Below, one piece after another: positions 25,801 to 37,124 of a stretch of DNA of 64,000 nt (positions are counted from its first letter, which is position 1; the number at the start of each line of letters is the position of its first letter). The stretch comes from Phoronis australis. Lineage: Eukaryota; Animalia; Phoronida. The translations under genes were made by a program, and so were the position numbers. The DNA is taken from assembly GCA_002633005.1 (NCBI GenBank), contig NMRA01000193.1, positions 431,527 to 495,526 on the forward strand. Reading direction: 5' to 3'. The notes below the pieces were generated by a model. The model saw only the letters and a program-made list of their open reading frames with translations. It was not told the DNA's origin and did no database searches.

Positions 25801-28790
25801 AGGTTTCTGCTTCGAATCCACCATGGGGTTGATTTCTGAAAAACACCTGTCTCGCAGATAATGTAACTTCAATGAGTTTATTTGTCAAAGTACACTTTAA
25901 CACTAATTCTTGGTTTAAAAGCATACCATACAGGCAGTGAGGAAACAACAAGATTGCAGGACAAAATGGCCACTTTGTGCACTGCGCCTTAGCGTAGCTA
26001 AACTGTTTTGTTGACAGCATGTCACAGCACCATAGTCCGACTGAGACACTAACATTCTAAAGAAGAAAAATTGCTGCTCCATCATTTTTTCCAGTCATGC
26101 GAATGTAGTATACGGCTAAGGAGAAAAGAGAGACACCTGAAAGATATTTAGAAAATTAATTGAAAATCAGAGCAGGTTTCCTGTTCCAATTACCTGCCAA
26201 AGATAAAACTAGACAGTATGTTTATACTTATTAACAGCTACAAAGAGCCAGCCAGTTTACTGGTAAAGTTATAGTGCCTTTTGTGAGCTGCAGCACAATA
26301 CAAAAACAAACTGAACACCCCCCATCACCATCAAATGAACTGAAACCTGACAAAGGGAAAATATTGTTGTCCAACAACAGTTGGCATCCAGCCACTTCTA
26401 ATAAAACCATGGCAACTTCAAAATTGGGAGACATAGTCATGTGCTGCACAATCTTTAAAATCATTGTTTTGGTACATGCTTTGGATTAAGAACCATTGTT
26501 TTGGTTCCGCAATATCATGAGTTATACATAACAAAAATCTACAGAATGGAATTCATCGATTGTTTTAGCCGATTCACTTCTTCTTTTTATTACGAGTTTG
26601 AAGTTTGTGACTTCAGTTTGACCTAGGTTATTTGCGCTGCTCTGGGACTTCAAACACATATAGTCTTCTGTAAGACGCTTGTTCAGGTTCACAAAGTTGA
26701 CAGCTTTCCAAATCATGACAATGAATAAATGCATGAGCTTGGAAGACCAAAAAAACATCACTTTTAGAAATGCTAAACCTGCCCTCAGTATCTAGTGCTG
26801 GACATGACATACGGTGCCTGAAAACATGACACAGTCATATTTTGCTACATCACAAAATGCAGCATAGTGTTCATTCAAACCTAATTATGCTGAGGAAACT
26901 TTTCTCTGGTTAACACATGTAACATGCCAGCTCTTTATTGAAACCAGGCAACTAAAGACACACACAAATTGCTCCCAGGAAAAAGGCAGAAACAATTACA
27001 GGGTATTCTCAAGGGATTCCATTTACAGTAGAACAGAGTCTAAAGGATGTGTTTCAATGTGTAACAGATATTTAATTAAGAGATATATCACTTGAACAAA
27101 TTATCAAGAAAAAAAGCTTTTATAAATGCCCTATAACACTGACCAATAACTACTTTTTTGAGATAATTTTCAGGGTGCTCAAATTTGAAATTACATAAAA
27201 CTTCGCATCTCCTTCACCAAAAAGAGAGTATTATAGCCAGCGACCAGCGGGAGCGCCACCTGAGGGCTATACATGAAATGACAGGTCACGTGACCACATA
27301 GGTGTAGACAAAAAATCTTGTTGCCACTATGAAAACTGGCGGAGACCACTGCAAGCTGCTTTTACCGAATTGTGTAGTTCTGAAAAAATGACGGTCAGAT
27401 AGTTGAAAATTCTTACTTTGATTTTTGCTTTCAAATTTGCAGCAGCATAAGAATTTTATTGTCGACAGTCACTGAAAACCTTCGTATGCATTGGTTTGCG
27501 ATAAAAACAAGGTAATCAGACATTGTTCCGAGACCTTTTTTGAAAAAAATGATGAGCATGTTCAACATAACGAGATAGCCATCACGTTTTCAACGCTCAA
27601 GCCAGTGTTTGCATGTACAGTAAAGTAATGAAACAGCGTAACAGACGTCCAGTGTTCTGCCAGCTAACAACGATATGACCATTGACACATTTGGATTAGA
27701 TATTTGTTGTTCTATTTTAATTTGAAGTAGATATTCGCTTTGCAAATGTATTCTGCGTTCAGCGCTTCGCCTATAAAATTAACTCGCGTGTTGTCGGTCA
27801 AGTTTTATCTTATGACTCCTGAAAACATGTTGTGTTGAGGCCAGTACAGGCAGGAACCATAGTTGAAAACAAGCAGCATCAAACTATATATAAAACTGAA
27901 CTGATACTTTCAATTTGCACTGCTTGACAGAAGAAGTATCCAAAAGTACCATTGGCCATATTGACACAATACTGTAACACCCACATACAAGCTGTGACAA
28001 CTTTAGACAACAAATGGAAAATCATGGGTTCATCTCAACCGTACTGCAAAAACCTTGTGCCGATCATATTGCCGAGCTGTGCTATAATAACCTTATTTAT
28101 TACTGACAGTATATTCGTATTACGGAACTTGTATCATTCACCATGAAAATGGTCGAGCTTTTAACACTAATTGTTGGCTTTCGCCTGCAATCAAAGCTCC
28201 GTCTTCCATCATATTATGCGCCAAATATGGCAAGGTGCCTCTTCTACTAACACCAAATGTAAACGAGTTGCCTACCTTTGAGAGAGTTCACATAGACACA
28301 GGCAGCTTCAAGGAAGCCTCCATCATATAAATCAGTGGTGGGTGTTCAGCCAAGTGTGAACAATTAAAAGAGAACATTTTCAAATATCAGGGAGATTGTT
28401 AAACAGAACAAGGTGGTTAAACATGCACTAGTATAGCAATACGTAAGTGTTATAACTGCAGCTACTGCATGAGATTGCAACTTCAAAAAAACAAGTCATG
28501 TTAGTGAAATCACATGATAAATAAGTGATCATTATGTCTACAGTCTAATGTACATAGCGGTGATGAGCACCGACAACAGCACAACTAGCTCAAATAAACT
28601 TCAGCAAAATGAACAGAAGACGGGCCTTGCTTCCTAGAATTTCCAACTGTGCTTCAAACTCAACATAACTTAACAGCAGTTAAACGGATTTTTCAAACAA
28701 TTGTTGAACTGGGGAAATGGAAATTAATGTTGAATGGAATGTGTGATCTTCACTGAATGCAATTCATCACACCATTTTGCCTTCACACTG

Positions 28791-29003
28791 CATCGTATGG
28801 ATATTGGACAGAAAAGGATCTAGCAACTTCATCATCGTATGGATATTGGACAGAAAAGGATCTAGCAACTTCATCATCGTATGGATATTGGACAGAAAAG
28901 GATCTAGCAACTTCATCATCGTATGGATATTGGACAGAAAAAGATCTAGCAACTTCATCATCGTATGGATATTGGACAGAAAAGGATCTAGCAACTTCAT
29001 CAT
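28791..29003. repeat. Minisatellite, 5 x 42 bp
   Basis: CATCGTATGGATATTGGACAGAAAAGGATCTAGCAACTTCAT x5, with one substitution in unit 4. Confidence 0.95.
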
Positions 29004-29789
29004 GAACACATAGCAAGGTGATCAAAGGACATTTGGTAAAATTTGGAGCATTTTGCAACAAAAGAATACATAAGCTTATAAAAAATGAACAACTGATAGT
29101 TTTGTGCACTGAACAATTTTGCCATAAGGAACCAATTGCTGGTCATTCAGAACCGTTCCAGTGTTTATGAAGTGTCCAGCATAGTGTGATCTCTGTCTGA
29201 TCTCTGTCACACTTGAGTACAAAAAACAGTGTTAAAATTCAGTTATCCACCAAGTGACAAACATAAATAACAAAAATATTTGAACTTTGTAGACGCAATA
29301 AACTAATTCGTGTAACAAAACTTCCGACGACCGTCTTGCTAAACATAAATCAGTGACAGTGGATTGGCATTGGCCAGCGTAGCAGACGATGTAATAATCC
29401 AGTCCATGCAGACCAATCTGAGACTGGTTAACATTCAATGTGGGCATTTTGGCGCAGGTCTATGGTTGATTAAACAGTTGGATGTCACGCCCTGCAGTAT
29501 AATTCACAATGTCTTTTGAATGAAGCAGAAATCTTACTGTTTCTCACTTCATTAGCGAGCCCAGGCGCTTTCCCATTTTAGAAAATTCGTATCGAAGTCG
29601 TTGCCTGGTGCCCGGCTATATTAAGTTTTTATGCATTGTCGGATAACCAGGCAGAAACAAGGTACGAAAGGAGATTGGGGATTGGATGACTGTGTTTAAC
29701 GGGGCACAATTCAAGATCCCATTGTAAAATTATTATTTTTCCCTTTCGATCCACAAACAGCGAAAGGTGCCGTGTGACTTGTACTTATT

Positions 29790-30029
29790 CATTTTTACTA
29801 GCGATTCATTTTACTAACGATCATTTTTACTAGCGATTCATTTTACTAACGATCATTTTTACTGGCGAGTCATTTTACTACTGATCATTTTTACTAGCGA
29901 TCATTTTTACTAGCGATCATTTTTACTAGCGATCATTTTTACTAGCGATCATTTTTACTAGCGATCATTTTTACTAGCGATCATTTTTACTAGCGATCAT
30001 TTTTACTAGCGATCATTTTTACTAGTGAT
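29790..30029. repeat. Minisatellite, 15 units of ~16 bp (CATTTTTACTAGCGAT)
   Basis: Three 17+15-bp dimers are followed by nine 16-bp monomers. The array lies next to a hAT-like end ...GAAGAAACCCTG (30160). Confidence 0.95.
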
Positions 30030-31359
30030 TTTTGCGTGGCGGTGAAATTTCCCCGTCACGATTAGGTGTGTGGCGGTCAATTTGAGTATGATTTACAAGT
30101 GGCGGGGCCAAAAAGGAGCATGGCAGGGCGCCCAGAAGTTTACACGCAGAAGAAACCCTGCGTTTCGTTTCACCAGGTCTATTCCCAATAAGTTAAATAC
30201 AAAGCCAGTGAAGGGTCAACGTAAACTGCAAATTTAAGCGTTCGTTCCCACTGACCGATGCTTTCCAGAACACTGAAAAGTTGATGAAAAGCGTTCAAGA
30301 CACTGTCTATAATCACAACCTCAAAGACTGATGTCACAGAGTTAGTTCAAATACATCAACATTATTGCTGGTAAGTGTTTGGAAGCCATACAAACCCAGC
30401 CAAATGTAAGAAAACCTTAGTGCAGGTACTATTTGCTTTCTACATAGGACAACAGAGAACTGCAACTCACCCTCAAGATATTGTAAACAAGCTGAACAAG
30501 GAGAAAGGAGTTCGTTCTCTGAAATCCACACACAACTGCTGACTACTACACAAACATTTAATTGTTAAAAAAAACATGTCAGAATGCTGGATGTGAGTGT
30601 GTTTAAGGTTACCTGGGAACCTAAAACATGAACAATTTTGGCCAATTTCAGGACACACATCATATCTCAGAAATGGCTGGTCGAATTTACATGAAAGTTT
30701 GAGGTACTGAGCTTTATGCAATGGTCCCCAAAATATTGGTTAGGAATTGGTTTTAAAATGTTAAACACTTTTCACAAGAGACTACCAACAATAGGACTTA
30801 AAACGATTTTTATGAAAAGACATTAAAGTTGCATAAAACGAAACGATAATTGAGAAAACTTAAGTGTTTTTGAGATTTCATCCTTAACGTTAATTTCCCG
30901 TGAAATTTGTTCATGTTATTTATTGATCCTGTTGTTTCGCTACGAACATTTTTACCAAACTTTTCTAAAAACATGGTCATGTGACTAATTAATGTCAGAT
31001 TGGTATGAAGCCAAAAATCAAACTCAATGGAGTTTCCACTTCCAAAATACATACTTTTGCAGAGTTAAATTTTGTAGTTTTGTATACAGGGCTGAGTTAC
31101 GCAGAAGGAGACACTGGCCAGTAAAGCTAGCGTACTCACAGAATGTAGCCCATATACAGATGTATTTCTGGCCATAATCATTGTGGATATCTGGCACCAT
31201 ACTAAAGATGCTGCCTTGCTAGTCCTTCTACACAATCTCTCTCTCTCTCTATCTGGGACACGGAGGCAGCAAATTAGCCACTATGTAAAGCTGAAGTTTT
31301 AATCTCCCATATACAACACAGAACATCTCTAATTGTGCATCTTATATCAAAGAAATCTG

Positions 31360-31702
31360 GGCTCCGGGTCTAATATTTTTACTCAAAAGCGAGCTAATTT
31401 TTTGTCATTTCTGTCTTTCTCTAAGCACAAGTTAATTAAGCTATTATTCATTAATTAAGTATATTTCAGAGTGTACACCGAATTCACATTTGATGACCCC
31501 TACATTCGAGCTGCAATCTCGAGTAAAAACTGTAAGTTCCGAGTTCAGACGGCAACTAACAGACTTTGTGATGGGGTCATCAAGTGCAAAATAGCATTGC
31601 ACAGAGCTCCAAAAACCAAACCTTGAAATCACTCTTAATTACAGCCAAAATTGCCAATAATGATTGAGTTCAATTTTGAGCAAAAAGATTAAGCTCAAGC
31701 CC
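31360..31702. mobile_element. Harbinger-like MITE
   Basis: CTG TSD, imperfect TIRs GGCTCCGGGTCTAATATTTTTACTCAAAA / TTTTGAGCAAAAAGATTAAGCTCAAGCCC, and an internal inverted TTGATGACCCC / GGGGTCATCAA. Confidence 0.55.
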
Positions 31703-31951
31703 CTGTATCAGACCCATGCCCAGGTTTAGGGGCCTACCTCTAGAAAATTTTGTAAATTAATATCTTATTTCCTGCATTCTGTGATGTCTTGGCATTTTGC
31801 TAACCTACATGCAGTGTTTAAGCATAAGCAAACATGGAAAGGGGGTACACAGTACATAGCAGGCACAAAACCTGTAAACTTTGGCTCGACAAATTTAAAG
31901 AGAGAGGAAAGGGGATGTAGAATTCAATCGGGACACAAAGTCAACTGTTAA

Positions 31952-32454
31952 AGAGGCTCAGAATGTGAAAAACTGACTAAATTGCATTATTCAACATGGT
32001 TCTCTGCCACTGAAACAGACTTCAACCTATTCAGTATCTTTACAGTTTGTTTGTAAAAAATGAATTTCTGTTAATGTCAAAGCATTTTTCTTTTAGTTTA
32101 AATTTTCAAAAATACGACCTGTCAACTGCTCCTCACTTCGTTGATTTTTCAAACCGTACTGTTGATCTCAGATTTGGAGTGCGACCACACATGATAATCT
32201 GCCGTTAATATCCATCTTGTCAGTCAGCTGTTAATCAAATGACTTTATCATAAGTGTGAAGGGAATCAGAAGCTATGTGGTGACTAGAGAGTTTTTCCTT
32301 AAACCGTATTTCAATATCGGGAATTTTGTGATTTTTTCTAGAAATTCCCTCACAGGGGAAACTGAACAACTCTGTAGTAGACGTTGCAAGATGGTATTTT
32401 CGTCAAGAATTGTTTAAAAGATATTTTGGAAGAGCTTTTGCATTCTATGCCACT
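31952..32454. mobile_element. Kolobok-type MITE
   Basis: TTAA|AGAGGCTCAGAATG ... CATTCTATGCCACT|TTAA. Confidence 0.6.
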
Positions 32455-34089
32455 TTAAAACAGCCGTATTGTGTAAATGCATGACTGTAAATATCTTTAT
32501 CAATAAGACAGGTTAGTCAATGTTGAAGACCAGAATGATACTGCTGTTCTGAAATCCAACTGACCAAATCGACCAACATCACTGAAGGTGTGGATAGAAA
32601 ACTACAGACCCACTGTAAGAAGCACTGGTATTGGGGCAATGTCAGGGTAACAAAACTAGAACTGATTAGGGAGACAATTCGACCTCGGCCGAGAATCTGG
32701 CTTAACAGTCCCACGAACAGCACGCAAACAAGGCAGTCAAATTCAGAGCGACTTGCTGGCACCTAAAAGGCTGGATGTGGTCCGTGACCTATATGTCAGG
32801 GCACAGGATTAGGAGAAATGGACTTTTTGAAGGCGCATAAAAAATAACCGAACAGTAGTTCCGTGCCACATGTAGAAGCCATTCCACCATGCAGAATTTC
32901 AGCATTTTGATTTTTGACTAGCACTTCCGTTAGTAGCAAAAATATTAATAATGTCAACTGCTGCAAGAGTTACTTTTGCTAACACTTTGTTAGCAGTTTC
33001 AGTTGTCATGAACTGTGGACCTTTTCACTAGTAAATTTGTACCCAAACTGCTAACTTCAAAGGACACCCATGCCTAGGGGAAGGCAGTCCAAGATAATCA
33101 CTGCCTTGGTGAACTTATTGCAGTCAGTGAATGCAAACAACAACTCTCCCTTTAAAGGGCATTCAGACAGTGACCAGACAAACCACCTGCTGGTGAAAAT
33201 GACCTTTGTAGACAGCACATCTGTTTGGCTAAAACACTAGCATTTTCTCCCACAGAAAAACTGCTACTGGTATTGCTCTCAAAACCTACTAGTACACTGA
33301 CAAGGAAACCTAACAAGCCAGTTGAGTTTAAGGGTTTATTAGAGTTTAAGTGTTGGCACTATCCTGTTTTAACAAAAAAAAAGCTTTGTAACTATGACCA
33401 TGACAGATTAACTTGTTTCTTTGAATAACTATCTTGATTTAGTCACTACGAAATCAAATCAGAAATCAATGTTCGCATGATTAGCTCTGTATACAGTTGT
33501 ACCCAAACAATACTTAAAGTATCATTTTGTGAACACACTGTTGGCAATTCTTTAGGCCGAAACATAAAACGTAAACTTTAAGTTGCCAGCTGAAGCGTGC
33601 CACAATGAACAGCTGAAACAAAAAGTGCAAGTATGGAGGTGCAAGTAGGAGCCACAAAGTTGACCGTTACTAATGTTATCAGAAAGCGTGTCCTAAAGAA
33701 CAAGTGTAAAGCAAGCCGTTTACACAATGTACCTATAATAATGGTTGAGAACCCCACTGAATACAATGTGAACCCAGAAATAACTCAGTGAACATTGAAC
33801 ACACAACATGAGTTCAATGGTAAACACAAATTAGGACTGTACAACGTTTTAACAAAGGAAATGCAATAGGTCATTAGACATACAGCCTTCCACTATCAGA
33901 TATGACCAGAAGAATCTATTTTAAGATGGCAAACATCCTTCCTTGTCCAATTCCAGTTGTGAGCAGTAGTTACTGTTCTTGATGCTCTGTCACTACCACT
34001 GAGATTATCAAGTTTACAGAATACCAGAAGCCTGCGACATGATACTTATTCAAGGAAGCAGAGACAAATAGAGTATGACTGTAATGTAG

Positions 34090-37000
34090 TGCAAAATTCA
34101 ATGTTCAAAAAAATTATGTTTGACGTTAATATACCTATTCAATATCATATATTTATATTTATATTCGATTTTATTCTTTGTATATTTGATGTTAACATTT
34201 TTGAATTCCACGATAAAATATATTTATGTAACTACCGTATATATGTTCGATGTGTTCAACAACGGAATTCTGGATATCATGAAACGACGGTTGTGATTGG
34301 TTCTTACATTGATTAATATGGCTGGTACTGAACCTGAGTCTGCTTCCTCAGTTTTTTGACAATTTAGCTTATTTCATCCATACTTGTGAACACGCATTGA
34401 GAGGTGGTGAATGATATTATGTGACAGATAAATGCCCATTTATACGCCCTTGAGTCCATTGACTGGGGGTTTCGCAAGGAGCTTGGTTCTGACCCTCACA
34501 CCAGCTAACAAAACCTACCCGACCGTGAGTTAACGAGTTCCGCTACAAAACATCGAACAAAAACATGACAATATTGAACACAAATATGAAGCAGATTGAA
34601 TACATATAATAACATCAAACATACCGTAATCGTTCGGGTTAACACCCTGGGCGGTTAAATTGGCGAATCCAAAAAATCGGGGGAGGGCGGTTAACCGAGC
34701 AGTGGGCGGTTAAATCGAAAATCCCCCTAAAGTAGGGGATGGGCGGTTAACCGAACATGGGGGCTTATTACGACAGACAACCGCCCTGGGCGGTTAATCT
34801 TACCTGACGATCTAAATCTCGACACAACAATCATACTCGGAACGCGTAGCCCTTTTCAAAGAGCTTTATCGTCACGTCGCCAAGTGACTGTGAAAACGTT
34901 ATAACAGCGGATGATCCCAACAAATGTTCTCTTGCCCTCAGATTAGTCATTCACTATTAAATTTACAAAATTGCTGAGTAATAGCCCCGTGCCGTCCTGC
35001 GGTGCGCAGACGACCAGTGACCACGCAGCCTCCACTAGAATTAAAACTGTTTCAAGATGTGACCCTGCTTAAGTGCGCGCGTGCAAGCTTCACGTGTTGC
35101 AGAGGTCAGACATCAAATTTATGGTTACAGTCTCGTACTATATGTAGCTGTCAAGTTCTGAGTCAGAGACCAGTTTTAAAATTGGTTGTAATAAAAGTTT
35201 GAAACACTTAACTCTGCTGTTTTTTTGTGTTTGGGATGTTATAGTCAACACTCCGTGACTCAATGACATTTTCAGCGTATGATTCTGCGGCTAGCTGTCT
35301 TATCTCGACAGCCCGGCATTGCTCTCTTGCCGTTGCGCCAAACATGCTATGCAAAGAAGTAAGACAAGGATCGGGGGTGGTCGAGCCAGTCGTCGATCAA
35401 GAATAAAATTTCAAGCAACTGCATAAATATGTTACAAAATGTCAAAACAGCAATGTTTCAATTCATTATTCTAAACGATCACCTTAACAAACCTCGTGGT
35501 GGAAAAACATTTATTTTTCATGCAAGATGTCCAGATTATCCTATTTATATCACTTGTAATATCGCACTGCGGCACTGTTCGGTCCCGCTGTTATCGCGCA
35601 ATGTCTCAGTCGACTGACAATCGTGACTTGGAAATGCCGTCAAGTAATATAACGGCCTCTTTCAATATGCATCTCGTTTTTTATGTTTTATGGCCAAAGA
35701 TAGTGGCGGTATTCAGCACGCGCACGCGCGTAGGGCCTACGTGTGAGTCACCTGTCAATCACATGTTGGTGTCAAGGTAACATGCACTCCAAAGTGTGGG
35801 AACTTGCGCACGTGCACCACTACAAATCAGTCACACATAGCGACAGTCCGACGAAGTAACAAAAACGGGCGTGACTATGTACTTTTAAGCTGTTGTTACG
35901 AAAGACCCAGTTCTTTACGATATTCCTCCGTTGCCAATGTTCACCAAAACTGCGATGTCAAGTCTATTCCCATATTTCCCGGCTCGATGCTCCCTAAGCC
36001 CATCCCTGTAACTAGCTGCGTGAATCTCCTACCCACTATCGTCAAGCAGTCTACGTCGCAGATATTTCAGACTCGAATGGTAAAAATTTTTGTTCAGGCT
36101 GAAAATGGCCAATGTATAAACAAAATTATTCTGGATGGCTAAAAAGGGGATGTGGAAACCATAATTCACACAGTCATGCTTACGTGGGGGCTGACGCAAG
36201 AAATAGTAAAGAACAGCCAGCGACATTAGTTAAATCTGCTACTAACCAGTTTGACTGAGATGCAATAAGCGAAAATTTGACAAGCCGTTTTTTATTACTT
36301 CAAGATCATACACAAACATACATTATTGCCAACTTTTTAATTCAGAAATCGACAGGCAGCAACGAAATCGGTAACCCAGTAAGGCACTTGCACTGTCTCT
36401 TCGGTCGCCCCACATCCTCTATAACCCGGGCAGTTATATTCATCAAAATATTGAGAATTTGACATCTTTCCGTGAGTTGTGAGATTTGTTCAAAATATGA
36501 GACCTTCCCACCTTAATAGAATTTGGACGGTTGACAAAACCATTGTCATATTTCTCTGACCTGATTTTTTCGAATACATGTTTTATCTAGTGCACTGCAG
36601 ACGGAACCTCAGCGCGGCAGACAAAGTCGCTGAAAGCGGAGGTTTTGATGCGTTCTTAAACTTGGCAAACAAGGGAAGAAAATAAAGTGACAAAAAGGTT
36701 CAAGTAATATTTTTTGAAGTGAGTTCATGACCCAAGACAATAACTCGTTACCTGTATTGTAATTCAGATTGCTAAACCACCGTCTCGGAGTCCCGGCATC
36801 GTTGCACTCATTGTGATCATCGATCTTTTTCTAAAAGTCGGGGAATCGCACTAGGCGCTAAATCTTCATTCTTTAAAAGTCGGGAATGGGCACTTAACCG
36901 AGAGGTGGGCACTGGAAATCTTCAAAAATCGCAGGGCGGGCGCTTAACCGAGCAGTGGGCGGTTAAATCGAAATCCACTTAAAGTCGGGAATGGGCGGTT

Positions 37001-37124
37001 AACTGAGCATGGGCGTTAACCCGAATGATTACGGTACATTTTCAAAACACTGAATACAAATGTAATCAACATTGAATACATGTAATGTTATTCAACATAA
37101 ATGTTGAAAACATTGAATTTTGCA
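34090..37124. mobile_element. AT-rich foldback MITE interrupted by a nested element
   Basis: TGCAAAATTCAATGTT (34090) is inverted at ~37109-37124. The right arm is split by the 34624-37034 insertion. Confidence 0.55.
34624..37034. mobile_element. Non-autonomous Tc1/mariner (Tc2/pogo-like) element, 2.4 kb
   Basis: TA TSDs and TIRs CCGTAATCGTTCGGGTTAACACCC / GGGCGTTAACCCGAATGATTACGG. Arrays of GGGCGGTTAA subterminal repeats at both ends. No transposase ORF recognised. Confidence 0.8.

Noticed and set aside
28757-29109. Repeat-protein ORFs, or a CRISPR-like array, over the 42-bp repeat
   Set aside because: The unit length is divisible by 3, so several frames stay open by construction. There are no unique spacers, no cas genes, and the context is eukaryotic.
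35804-36142. 112-aa ORF inside the Tc2/pogo-like element as a transposase remnant
   Set aside because: No HTH or DDE motifs recognisable.
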